From assembly GCA_007133615.1 (NCBI GenBank), contig SLMJ01000049.1:1-50093 (forward strand): a stretch of 50,093 nucleotides of DNA, read 5' to 3'. The number at the start of each line of letters is the position of its first letter. Position 1 is the stretch's first letter. Origin of the DNA: Thermomicrobiaceae bacterium. GTDB lineage: Bacteria > Chloroflexota > Chloroflexia > Thermomicrobiales > Thermomicrobiaceae. Of the stretch, positions 26,573-34,981 are shown in pieces. A program made the translations under genes and the position numbers. The notes below the pieces were generated by a model. That model was not told where the DNA came from, searched no databases, and saw only the letters and a program-made list of their open reading frames with translations.

Positions 26573-27386
26573 TAAACGCAGCATGGGCTTCGAGTTGACT
26601 GGTGATTGATTCCGGGCCGTCGTCGTAGATGTAGAGCACACATCGTTCGACGCCGGCCCGTGCTGCATCTTCGATTAATGCTGGATCGTGAGGCACATTG
26701 AAGAGCGTCACCGGAATGGTCGATCTGCCGGCTTCACTCGCGCGAGCCTGCAACTCGGGAATGCGTTCCAGAATCCCTGGTACAGGGTGCGGCCCCCACA
26801 TATCGCCGTAATCGACTACCCGGTCGAGCACGCCGGGACCTTCTCCACCAACGATGACCGGTGGGTGGGGATTCTGAAACGGTTTCGGCCACGACCAGAG
26901 TCGATCGAACCGGACGTGCTCCCCGCTGAACGCGGCCTGATCTTCAGCCCAGATCTGTTTCATAGCCAGAACGTTTTCCCGCATTACCGACCAGCGGTCA
27001 TGCGCAGCGACTCCATGATCGCGGGCCTCGCTACGGTTCCAGCCAGCCCCAACACCAAGCATGAAGCGTCCACCGGAGATCTGATCGATCGTGGCAATTC
27101 GCTTCGCCATCGCGATCGGGTCGTGCTGTGCGATAAGGGAGATTCCGGTGCCGATCAGAAGGCGTTCGGTCACGGCCGCGACGGCGGTCAGTGAAATGTA
27201 CGGGTCCGGCATCTCCTTCATGCGGTCGTGCGTTTCGGACCCAGCCGCGTGCCGATCCCCATGCACCGGGATGTGGGTGTGTTCCGGGAGAAAGAGTGAA
27301 TCGAACCCCGCATGTTCGATAGTTCGGGCGATCTGACGCAGATCGGCGGACGCTGCACGCGCCAGAATGTTGATACCAAAATTCAT
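26547..27386 (-). CDS. LLM-class F420/flavin-dependent oxidoreductase
   Basis: GFDSLFLPEHTH, IATIDQISGGRFMLGVGAGW and PPVIVGG support the family call. ATG 27386 (MNFGINIL...) fits the family N-terminus better than the ORF opening at 27515. Confidence 0.8.
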   Translation of the reverse strand: MNFGINILARAASADLRQIARTIEHAGFDSLFLPEHTHIPVHGDRHAAGSETHDRMKEMPDPYISLTAVAAVTERLLIGTGISLIAQHDPIAMAKRIATIDQISGGRFMLGVGAGWNRSEARDHGVAAHDRWSVMRENVLAMKQIWAEDQAAFSGEHVRFDRLWSWPKPFQNPHPPVIVGGEGPGVLDRVVDYGDMWGPHPVPGILERIPELQARASEAGRSTIPVTLFNVPHDPALIEDAARAGVERCVLYIYDDGPESITSQLEAHAAFISLWTQRS

Positions 27387-27555
27387 ATAGAAGTACCCCC
27401 GGTTTTCTTCGTCCCTTGCACTTTGCCGACCGTACAGGCGCGGATATGTTAGCATGCGAGGCTGTGCGAACCTGGTCGTGACCAACGGGCGTTGATCAGA
27501 CACGCCCGGAAGCATCCAGCACGAGCGTTATCGTCCCGGACCGGGAAGCGGAAGC

Positions 27556-29760
27556 GTGAGCGAACAGCAATACATTGGCAAGTACCAGATCGAGCAACGG
27601 CTCGGCAGCGGCACCTTCGCGACCGTTTACCGGTGTCATGATCCCGATCTCGATACCACCTGCGCGATCAAGCTGCTCGCCGAAAACTGGAGCGAAGACG
27701 AGAGCGCCCGGAACTGGTTTCTGAACGAGGCCCGGGTGATGTTTGGCATCGAGCATCCGGCAATTCTTCGGATCTTCACCTCTGGCACGCTCGATGACGA
27801 TCGTCCCTACTTCGTTATGGAGTATGCCGACCAGGGAAGCCTCGCAGATCGTATCCGTTCACGCCGTGCTCAGGGTGAAGTGTTCGATATCCACGAGGCG
27901 CTAGATATCAGCATTGCGGTCGCCGATGGGTTGATCGTCGCGCACGACCGCGAGCTCGTCCACAGAGACCTCAAACCCAGCAATATCCTGTTCCGGACAC
28001 CGCCAGACTCGAACGGATCCGCTGAACAAAAGGACCATGGCCCGCAGATCAAGATCGCCGATTTTGGACTGGCCAGACGACTCGAACAGGGTGCGAACAG
28101 TCTGGCCGGTGCTGGCACGCCGCACTACATTGCACCGGAACAGGCAAAGGGGCTGGCGGAGGAACGCCCGGACGTTCGGAACGACGTTTACTCTGCGGCG
28201 ACAATCCTCTATGAGATGGTCGCCGGGCAGGTCCCGTTTCCATACAAGTCAATGACCCAGGTCATTGCGGCACACCTCAATGAAGAACCTGCGGCGGTCC
28301 AGGATTTCGCCCCGCAGGTCCCTGATGAGATGGCCAAAGTCATACACGATGGTCTCGCCAGAGAGCCTGAAGACCGGATCCCGACAGCGCAGGCGTGGAA
28401 GCAGCAACTGCAGGTGCTCCGTAATTCATTGAATCCGGACGGATCGATCGCCGGCTGGATCTCCGCCGCTCCGATGAGCGGCGCTGCAGCAGCGGATGCG
28501 CCCTCGGAACCAGATCCGGTTGATGACGAAACGAAGACGATACCGATCGGAAGCGTGACAAATACGCGTGTTCTGGATCCAGACGAAGAGCCCGCACCGC
28601 TGGACGAGATCCCGGCCGAGGAAACGGTCGTTCGTGAGGAGCGATCGAACCCGATGGCCATGTACGTCATTGCCGCGGCCGCAATCGGCTTGCTCGTGGT
28701 CGGGATGCTCGGTCTCGCCCTCTCGGATCTGGTGAACGGTGGAAACGGCAGTGGAACGACCGACGACACGGCGCTGATTGTTGATGTGAATGGCGACGAT
28801 TCGGCAGGTGACGCTGAACTCGCCGTCCCTGATGATTCAGAAGGTTCTCAGGCCGGGGAAGAACCAACTTCAACAGTCGAGCCAACCGAGACACCGAGGC
28901 CGGAGCCATCGCCCACGCCTGATCCAACGGCGACGCCCGAACCCGAAGAAGATCCAGCCGTTGAGCCGATCCGGGCGATTCTTGAGGAACTGCCTGGAGA
29001 CAGCTCGGGAGTGATTGTGCTCCCGTCTGGCGAGATCGTTGATGAGTCAGGAGATCAACAGGTCCCGGCGGGCGGAACAATCTCCCTCTGGATTGCGGCG
29101 GCGACATTTGATGCGGCGAGCAGCGGAGATCTCGATCTCGATGACACCGTTACGATAACGGAAGATGTCCAGGCTCCGGGGACCGGGATGCTCAACTCGT
29201 CGGAGTATCTGGGTGATGAGTTCAGCTATGAAGAGATTATCGGGATTATGCTTCTGCACAGCGATAACTCTGCATCGAACATACTTACCGAGGCGATTGG
29301 CGGGATGTCCCAGGTAAACGAATATGCGGAAGATCATGGCTATGAGTCGACCCGAATGCAACGAATGCTCGGCGCGCTTGATCCGGAGCAGGAGAACTAC
29401 ACCTCTGCGACTGACGGAGCGCTGTTCATGACCCGGTTGCTGGATGATGAGATTGTTGATCCAGAGGCATCGGAGCAACTGCGTTCGATCCTCGAACAGC
29501 GCTCGAACAATGAAACAGTGGCGCTCGACTTCTTCGGTCGGGAGTTGCCGGATGACGCGGCCCATGCGAACATCTCCGGCCTGCTGCCAGCTACCAGGAA
29601 TGAAATCGGATACATTCTGCTGACAGATGATGGCCGGTTCGTTGTGATCAGCCTGATGAGTGGGTCGCTCGATGACGAATCGGGCGGGGAAGCCGCGATC
29701 GCGGCCGCAATCGCGGAGATTCATGCGGAACTTCTCGAGTCAGGTGATCAAGACGAGTGA
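27556..29760 (+). CDS. membrane Ser/Thr protein kinase with extracytoplasmic class-A beta-lactamase-like (degenerate) domain
   Basis: Hanks kinase motifs are present: GSGTFATVY, AIK, HRDLKPSNIL, DFG and APE. One TM segment (YVIAAAAIGLLVVGMLGLAL) and an acidic/PT linker follow. The C-terminal domain carries SDN (HSDNSASNIL), but shows SLWI in place of SxxK and NISG in place of KTG/KSG. Confidence 0.85.
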   Translation: MSEQQYIGKYQIEQRLGSGTFATVYRCHDPDLDTTCAIKLLAENWSEDESARNWFLNEARVMFGIEHPAILRIFTSGTLDDDRPYFVMEYADQGSLADRIRSRRAQGEVFDIHEALDISIAVADGLIVAHDRELVHRDLKPSNILFRTPPDSNGSAEQKDHGPQIKIADFGLARRLEQGANSLAGAGTPHYIAPEQAKGLAEERPDVRNDVYSAATILYEMVAGQVPFPYKSMTQVIAAHLNEEPAAVQDFAPQVPDEMAKVIHDGLAREPEDRIPTAQAWKQQLQVLRNSLNPDGSIAGWISAAPMSGAAAADAPSEPDPVDDETKTIPIGSVTNTRVLDPDEEPAPLDEIPAEETVVREERSNPMAMYVIAAAAIGLLVVGMLGLALSDLVNGGNGSGTTDDTALIVDVNGDDSAGDAELAVPDDSEGSQAGEEPTSTVEPTETPRPEPSPTPDPTATPEPEEDPAVEPIRAILEELPGDSSGVIVLPSGEIVDESGDQQVPAGGTISLWIAAATFDAASSGDLDLDDTVTITEDVQAPGTGMLNSSEYLGDEFSYEEIIGIMLLHSDNSASNILTEAIGGMSQVNEYAEDHGYESTRMQRMLGALDPEQENYTSATDGALFMTRLLDDEIVDPEASEQLRSILEQRSNNETVALDFFGRELPDDAAHANISGLLPATRNEIGYILLTDDGRFVVISLMSGSLDDESGGEAAIAAAIAEIHAELLESGDQDE

Positions 29761-29797
29761 TGGACGACATCGACCTCAGCCGTGCCGGTTAACGAGG

Positions 29798-29830
29798 CTG
29801 ACCCCGGGCGATCGGTATGCCCGGGGTCAG
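29798..29830. terminator. 12-bp GC-rich hairpin between convergent genes (bidirectional terminator)
   Basis: CTGACCCCGGGC-GATCGGTAT-GCCCGGGGTCAG lies 38 nt after the kinase stop and 31 nt after the stop of the minus-strand small ORF. The plus-strand flank AAGCTTGTTT is T-rich. Confidence 0.6.
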
Positions 29831-29860
29831 AAGCTTGTTTCAGGCAAGTATCAGGCCTGA

Positions 29861-30115
29861 TTATGCTTTCTCGGACTTGCGCCAGGCCGGGAGCGTGAAC
29901 CGCTTTGCGCTCGATTTCTGGTTCCTGACCTGATAGCCAACGAGTTCGGACTCCTGATACGTCGCAACAACGTCACCGCGTTGGTTACGGCATACGAGCC
30001 AGCGTGGCGAGTGTTTGGATCCGGCCCGACTCGCCTGTGCCGGGCTCCAGGAGCAGGAATGTGCGGCTCGCAGCTCCTCAACCTGACCGTTCCGGAGATG
30101 GACAACGATCGGCAT
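29861..30115 (-). CDS. hypothetical small protein (84 aa)
   Basis: GAGGTG lies 7 nt upstream of ATG 30115. Composition is more protein-like than the overlapping Arg-rich frame at 29851-30144. No recognisable motif. Confidence 0.4.
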   Translation of the reverse strand: MPIVVHLRNGQVEELRAAHSCSWSPAQASRAGSKHSPRWLVCRNQRGDVVATYQESELVGYQVRNQKSSAKRFTLPAWRKSEKA

Positions 30116-30355
30116 TCGTAATCACCTCGTCGTTCGTAAATCAACGATATTCCAATGACTCAAGCGTATCAGCTACACCATGAATGCGCAATACATTGGG
30201 ATATCCACTGTGGGTGGCATGCCCGCATGCCAAAATATGTGGCATCTGCAACATGTACGGTATGCGTAAACACCTGAGTCAGGCCGCACGAGAGCAGACC
30301 TCGAAGGTCTAAAGCGGCTGACAGCGATAGTGGTTACGTTTTATCGAGAAGTTGC

Positions 30356-31345
30356 TCAATCGACCCTGGATTCGGGAGAAATCGAATACCGATCATGCCA
30401 GTAGTAAAGATGTTGCGGATGGGTCTGAATCACGCGAATGCATGCGCGGACTAGTTGTGGATCAAACTGCGTTCCGCGATTTGCTTCGAGCTCGGCAAGT
30501 GCATCCCGATAGGAGAGCCCTGGACGATACGGGCGTGCGGATGTCATTGCCTCGAATGCGTCCGCCACGGCGAGAATCCTGGCGCCGCAGGGAATCGCAC
30601 TACCGCTGAGTCCGTCCGGATAGCCGGTGCCATCGTACCGCTCGTGGTGACCGCGCACGTCTTGCTGGTATTCGCGGAAGTCCTCGATGCTCTTGACGAA
30701 CTCCTCTGAGCGGATCGGGTGTTGCCGGATCAGTTCCCATTCATCCATGCTCAGCGGACCCTGCTTGTTCAGCACGTTGTCCGGAATCCAGAGTTTTCCG
30801 ACGTCGTGCAAGAGAGCCGCCCAGCGGATCCGCTCGCAGTAACCCTGATCGAGATTCATCTCTCTGGCAATGGCGGTGGCGAGTTCCGATACCCGCTCGG
30901 AGTGTCTGGCAGTGTAGGGGCTTTTGGCGTCGATGGTTTTGACGAACGCGAGGACCGCATCTTCATGGAGGCGCTCACTGCGGCGAAGCCGATCATGGAG
31001 AATCGTAGCGCCGCCTCCGCTGATGAGTCCGATTGTAACGAAGAATGCTCCTCGGGAAACCCAGTTCTGCACGGACTGAGCCTGCCCGGTATCAGCGTCG
31101 AGTGGCATCAGTGGTCCACAGGCGATCATCGCCAACCCACCAGTGAGGAGCCCGCCTGATGCGCCGAATCGGTAGGCGGCGAAGATGACTGGCACGTAGA
31201 ACGTGTGCGGAAATGCGCGGTGCGTGCCTCCGGTCAGATAGGTGATGGCCCAGGCAAGGGCAAGCCCCACGACGATGAGGATCATTGGTGTGATTGCATC
31301 GCGAAATGGTCGGCTTATGCTTGAAGGAACCGTGTTTGAACGCAT
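30356..31345 (-). CDS. HD-GYP domain cyclic-di-GMP phosphodiesterase with N-terminal membrane domain
   Basis: HSERV...LLHDVGK (the HD motif) and HHERYDGTGYPDGL (the GYP motif) are present. The N-terminal ~130 residues form several hydrophobic helices. Confidence 0.85.
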   Translation of the reverse strand: MRSNTVPSSISRPFRDAITPMILIVVGLALAWAITYLTGGTHRAFPHTFYVPVIFAAYRFGASGGLLTGGLAMIACGPLMPLDADTGQAQSVQNWVSRGAFFVTIGLISGGGATILHDRLRRSERLHEDAVLAFVKTIDAKSPYTARHSERVSELATAIAREMNLDQGYCERIRWAALLHDVGKLWIPDNVLNKQGPLSMDEWELIRQHPIRSEEFVKSIEDFREYQQDVRGHHERYDGTGYPDGLSGSAIPCGARILAVADAFEAMTSARPYRPGLSYRDALAELEANRGTQFDPQLVRACIRVIQTHPQHLYYWHDRYSISPESRVD

Positions 31346-31513
31346 CTTTGTTAGAACTGACCGGATTCGATGAACTGGATTTCAGAATCATAATGAGCAT
31401 CCTAACATGCAATTGAACGCGACGGAAGTATCCGGTTTTACTGAACATTCGCCCGGAAGAAACCGCTCAGTCGGAGAGCGATAGTGTGACATGATGTCAA
31501 CCATAGCAGGGTC

Positions 31514-31542
31514 TGGACATTCGTGTTTCCATACCGTATGAT
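31514..31542 (+). promoter_or_regulatory. candidate sigma-70-type promoter (TGGACA, 17 nt spacer, TATGAT)
   Basis: Hexamers at 31514-31519 and 31537-31542 have an exact 17-nt spacer. The site is in the AT-richer gap upstream of the polysaccharide locus. Confidence 0.35.
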
Positions 31543-31548
31543 GATCTA

Positions 31549-31816
31549 CGAGTGGGGACCCAAGGGATCGCCACTCGCATAGAGCCCAGGTTGAGCGTAA
31601 AGCGCCTGCCGTCTCGTTTTCGGTCGGAGAACGAGGTCAAGGGTTCGGGCAAAGATGGGTTTTTCGTTCACTGGATCTTGCGATTCAGTTGCATCGGAAG
31701 ACTGGCACAACAATTAAATCCAAAGAGACTTTGAAACGTGAGCTGCAAGATGGGCACCTCGCTCACGTGGAGTCAGTGGTGCAACCGGCTTTCGGATTCC
31801 CGAGCCGGTTTTTTCT
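31549..31816 (+). ncRNA. candidate structured leader RNA or sRNA (unclassified), ending in an intrinsic terminator
   Basis: Lies between the putative promoter and the terminator. Hairpins: GAGTGG/CCACTC (31551-31577), CTCGTTTTC/GAGAACGAG (about 31611-31633) and ACGTGAGC/GCTCACGT (31736-31768). There is no convincing ORF. Confidence 0.3.
31783..31816 (+). terminator. intrinsic terminator (AACCGGCT...AGCCGGTT followed by a T-run)
   Basis: An 8-bp stem at 31783-31790 and 31803-31810 is followed by a run of six T (31809-31814, the first two lying within the stem), then CTTG. Orientation is specific to the plus strand. It sits 25-90 nt upstream of the first polysaccharide gene. Confidence 0.6.
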
Positions 31817-31906
31817 TGTGCTCTGGAAGCCGTAAGACCAGTGACGCGAACAACTCAGGTCCATCATTTCGATTGGACCAGGTACGACATTAGGAAGGTG
31901 GGCACC

Positions 31907-32719
31907 ATGCCTGATGGTCGGTTCGCGTCTACAAGCCTGCAAGCTGTCGATATGTCTTTCTCGGTCGCGAGTTCTGAGACTTCGACCGGGAGCGTCGAGC
32001 CTCTCGGAGTGGCTCGACCGCCCCTGAGTATCCCTGAAACATGGGATCGTGAGACGATCACGTGGCAGCAGGAGCGACTGATTCGACGAGAGTATTCCCG
32101 CAGTACGCTCGATCACGAATCCGCGACGACGACATCAAAACATGTGATTTATCAGATGAGCAAGCGAGTGCTCGATGTATCGCTGGCGATACTAGCACTC
32201 ATCCTGCTCGCGCCAATCATGCTTGTGGTGGCGCTTGCGATCCGGCTGGATTCACCAGGTCCGGCGCTGTTCAAGCAGCAGCGGGTGGGCAAGAGCGGTC
32301 AGCTTTTCCGCATGTACAAATTCCGCTCGATGACGGAAAACGCCGGCGTCCGCCTGAATGGTCTGCACAAATCGAGTGATGACGATCGGATCACTCGCGT
32401 CGGGGCCTTCATCCGGAAGACAAGTCTGGACGAGCTCCCACAGCTGCTCAACGTGATTCTCGGACATATGAGCCTGGTCGGACCGCGACCGGAGCTGCCG
32501 GAGATCGTGCTGCAGCGTTATGAGCCCTGGCAGTACAAGCGACTGAATGTTCCGCAGGGAATCACCGGCTGGTGGCAGGTGACCGGACGCGGGAAGAAGC
32601 TCCTCTGGAAGCACACCGCTGATGACCTGTACTACGTGGAACGCGCGTCCTTGTGGTTCGACCTGAAGCTGTTGTTCATGACCGCAAAAGCGGTATTCAG
32701 CCGGGACGGGGCGTTCTAG
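31907..32719 (+). CDS. undecaprenyl-phosphate sugar phosphotransferase (bacterial sugar transferase; priming enzyme)
   Basis: [77 protein letters not shown] and [10 protein letters not shown] support the call. ATG 31907 has AGGAAGGTGG upstream. The ORF opens at GTG 31841, and ATG 32156 is a shorter alternative. Confidence 0.85.
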   Translation: MPDGRFASTSLQAVDMSFSVASSETSTGSVEPLGVARPPLSIPETWDRETITWQQERLIRREYSRSTLDHESATTTSKHVIYQMSKRVLDVSLAILALILLAPIMLVVALAIRLDSPGPALFKQQRVGKSGQLFRMYKFRSMTENAGVRLNGLHKSSDDDRITRVGAFIRKTSLDELPQLLNVILGHMSLVGPRPELPEIVLQRYEPWQYKRLNVPQGITGWWQVTGRGKKLLWKHTADDLYYVERASLWFDLKLLFMTAKAVFSRDGAF

Positions 32720-33084
32720 CCACGCAGTGGAGAGACGCCAGTGACGGTTCGACGAGTCTTTACGTGACCAGCGCATGCGTTCCTGTTCCGTTCGTCCTGA
32801 ATTGCGCCAGTTTCTCAATTTCGGGAGTGGCTGCCAGCCCCGGCGAAGCGACTGATCCAGCTGTGGTCAGGAAGGATCGCTTCACCGGGGCTGGTTCCGT
32901 AACGGGAACCTGAACGAATCCGGAGGCGGATCGTCTTCCGCAGATCAGTACTGCTGGGCTGATTACACCGCGGCTGTAACAGGTATTAATCAATCAGTAA
33001 CGCATTCAAGCAGCAGGTGCCCCTGGGGAATCATCCGGGAGCCGGATACCTCACACAATGTCGGGATCGAAAGGATAATTCTCA

Positions 33085-34065
33085 ATGGAACAGCGCGTCA
33101 CGGTTACTGGTGCCGGAGGATTCATTGGCCACCACCTCGTCAAAAACCTCAAGCAGCGTGGCTACTGGGTTCGCGGTGTGGACATCAAGGAACCCGAATA
33201 CGAGTCGACCGACGCCGACGAATTCCTCCTGCTCGACCTTCGAACCTGGGAGAACTGTGTTCAGGCGGTCGATGGCGTGGAGCACGTCTACCATCTTGCG
33301 GCAGACATGGGTGGCATTGGCTACATCACGGCAAACCACGCCGACATTGCTCGAAACGATATTCTGATCAACACACACATGCTGGAAGCGAGCAGGAAGG
33401 CCGGGGTATTCCGCTTTCTGTTCTCCTCGTCTGCCTGCATCTATCCAGAGTACCGGCAGAACGAAGCCGACGTCACGGCGCTGAAGGAAGATGACGCCTA
33501 CCCGGCCATGCCGGAGGAGGGCTACGGCTGGGAGAAACTCTTCACCGAGAAGCTCTGCCAGTATTACCAGGAAGACTATGAGATCGAGACTCGGGTTGCC
33601 CGGTTCCACAACGTCTACGGGCCGCTCGGAACCTGGGATGGCGGCAAAGAGAAGGCCCCGGCGGCCATTTCCCGGAAGATCGCAATGGCTGAGGATGTCG
33701 ACGAGATCGATATCTGGGGTGACGGTAGCCAGACGCGGTCGTTCATGTATATCGACGATTGTGTCGAGGGCGTCTACCGCATCATGCACAGCGAGTATCA
33801 GATGCCCCTGAACCTGGGCACCGACGAGCTGGTGACGATCAACGAACTCGTCGATACCGTCGCGCGGATCGCTGGCAAGCAGATCGAGAAGAAGCACGAT
33901 CTCTCGAAGCCGCAGGGCGTCCGTGGTCGCAACAGCGACAACACCCGGATCAAGGAAATTCTTGGCTGGGCACCCTCGATCCCGCTGGAGCAGGGGCTCG
34001 CCGACACGTATCGATGGGTCGCGGAGCAGGTACGGACTGCCGCGGTGCCGGGGCATACGCGATAG
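33085..34065 (+). CDS. gme: GDP-mannose 3,5-epimerase homologue (extended SDR)
   Basis: Strong colinearity with plant GME as recalled: TGAGGFI, LAADMGG.G.I..NH, SSACIYPE, YG.EKL..E.LC..Y..D..IE.R..RFHN.YGP.GTW.GG.EKAPAA..RK, WGDG.QTRSF..IDDCVEGV, and GVRGRNSDN..IKE.LGWAP. Confidence 0.85.
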   Translation: MEQRVTVTGAGGFIGHHLVKNLKQRGYWVRGVDIKEPEYESTDADEFLLLDLRTWENCVQAVDGVEHVYHLAADMGGIGYITANHADIARNDILINTHMLEASRKAGVFRFLFSSSACIYPEYRQNEADVTALKEDDAYPAMPEEGYGWEKLFTEKLCQYYQEDYEIETRVARFHNVYGPLGTWDGGKEKAPAAISRKIAMAEDVDEIDIWGDGSQTRSFMYIDDCVEGVYRIMHSEYQMPLNLGTDELVTINELVDTVARIAGKQIEKKHDLSKPQGVRGRNSDNTRIKEILGWAPSIPLEQGLADTYRWVAEQVRTAAVPGHTR

Positions 34066-34127
34066 CTTGAAGAAGCCGCTCGCGGACTCGTCATGATCGG
34101 GCAGCGCCAAAGCAGCAAAAGGGACTG

Positions 34128-34976
34128 ATGGTTAGAGAGTTACGGAACGCAATTGCACGAAAGCTGGCGCACATTGCGTGCTGCCTGCGCTGTTATCGCG
34201 ATCCGTTTGCAGCGCTGGTCAATTGCCTTGGATTCAAACTGAGTGACCAGGACATCCGGTACTCGTTGCGTAACGGTCTGAAGTTTGACGTGAACCGCGG
34301 GGCTGTTGACGTACGGACCATTAATCACGTTGTCTGCCAGAGACTGTATGAACCGAATTCGATATTCAAGGTCAGCGATGGTTGGAACGTGCTTGACCTC
34401 GGCGCTCACAAAGGGGTCTTCAGCGTCCAGTCGGGTGCCCGCGGCAGAAGCGTCCGCGTGATCGCGGTAGAACCGGAGCCGGACAACTACCGGCATATCA
34501 TCCGGAACGCAGAGATCAACGGGTTGTCCAACGTTGAGGTGCATAATCGAGCAGTGGCTGTTCAGCCGGGCGACGCGACACTGGTGCTTAGCGATGCGTC
34601 GTGGGGACATCGGCTGACTGAGTCGGCAGATGAAACCGGATCGAACGTGCTGAACGTCGAAACGGTGTCGCTCGATGATTTGATCCAGTCATTCAAAGGC
34701 GACGTCGATCTGCTGAAGATTGATATTGAAGGAGCGGAGTTCGATGTTCTCTATGGCCTCGATCAAGCGCTCTGGGGCCGGGTTCGTCGAATAGCGATGG
34801 AGTATCACGCAGACTTTGGCTCATCGGGCGACGGACGCAGTGGTGAAGATCTGGCTGCCTATCTGGAGCAGAACGGTTTTCGATGCATGTTTGTTGAAGG
34901 AGCCCATGACCATCTCTTCGCCTGGCGAGCAGATGACAGCAAGGGAACCGGAGTAGCTGCGACCGCGTTGCAGTAG
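34128..34976 (+). CDS. FkbM-family SAM-dependent methyltransferase
   Basis: VLDLGAHKGVFSV (SAM motif I), IAVEPEPDNY, plus VSLDDLI and LLKIDIEGAEFDVL are typical of Methyltransf_21/FkbM. Confidence 0.8.
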   Translation: MVRELRNAIARKLAHIACCLRCYRDPFAALVNCLGFKLSDQDIRYSLRNGLKFDVNRGAVDVRTINHVVCQRLYEPNSIFKVSDGWNVLDLGAHKGVFSVQSGARGRSVRVIAVEPEPDNYRHIIRNAEINGLSNVEVHNRAVAVQPGDATLVLSDASWGHRLTESADETGSNVLNVETVSLDDLIQSFKGDVDLLKIDIEGAEFDVLYGLDQALWGRVRRIAMEYHADFGSSGDGRSGEDLAAYLEQNGFRCMFVEGAHDHLFAWRADDSKGTGVAATALQ

Positions 34977-34981
34977 CTCAG

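Noticed and set aside
25829-26668. 280-codon N-terminal extension of the ggt ORF (the track gives 854 aa)
   Set aside because: The extension is Arg/Ser/Pro-rich and overlaps the plus-strand flavodoxin gene. The GGT homology begins at the ATG at 25828, which has its own GGGAGA ribosome-binding site.
31552-31734. 60-aa plus-strand ORF inside the candidate leader RNA
   Set aside because: It has a GTG start with no ribosome-binding site and a basic, low-complexity translation. It fits better as non-coding structured RNA.
32720-33084. 365-nt gap between the priming transferase and gme, with a 77-aa minus-strand ORF (32760-32993)
   Set aside because: I found no ribosome-binding site, no motifs and no strong hairpins or repeats. 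It is most simply an internal promoter or spacer region, and I have no evidence for a feature.
33082-34110. 342-aa minus-strand ORF
   Set aside because: It is exactly antisense to the GDP-mannose 3,5-epimerase homologue, whose plus-strand translation matches a known family end to end.
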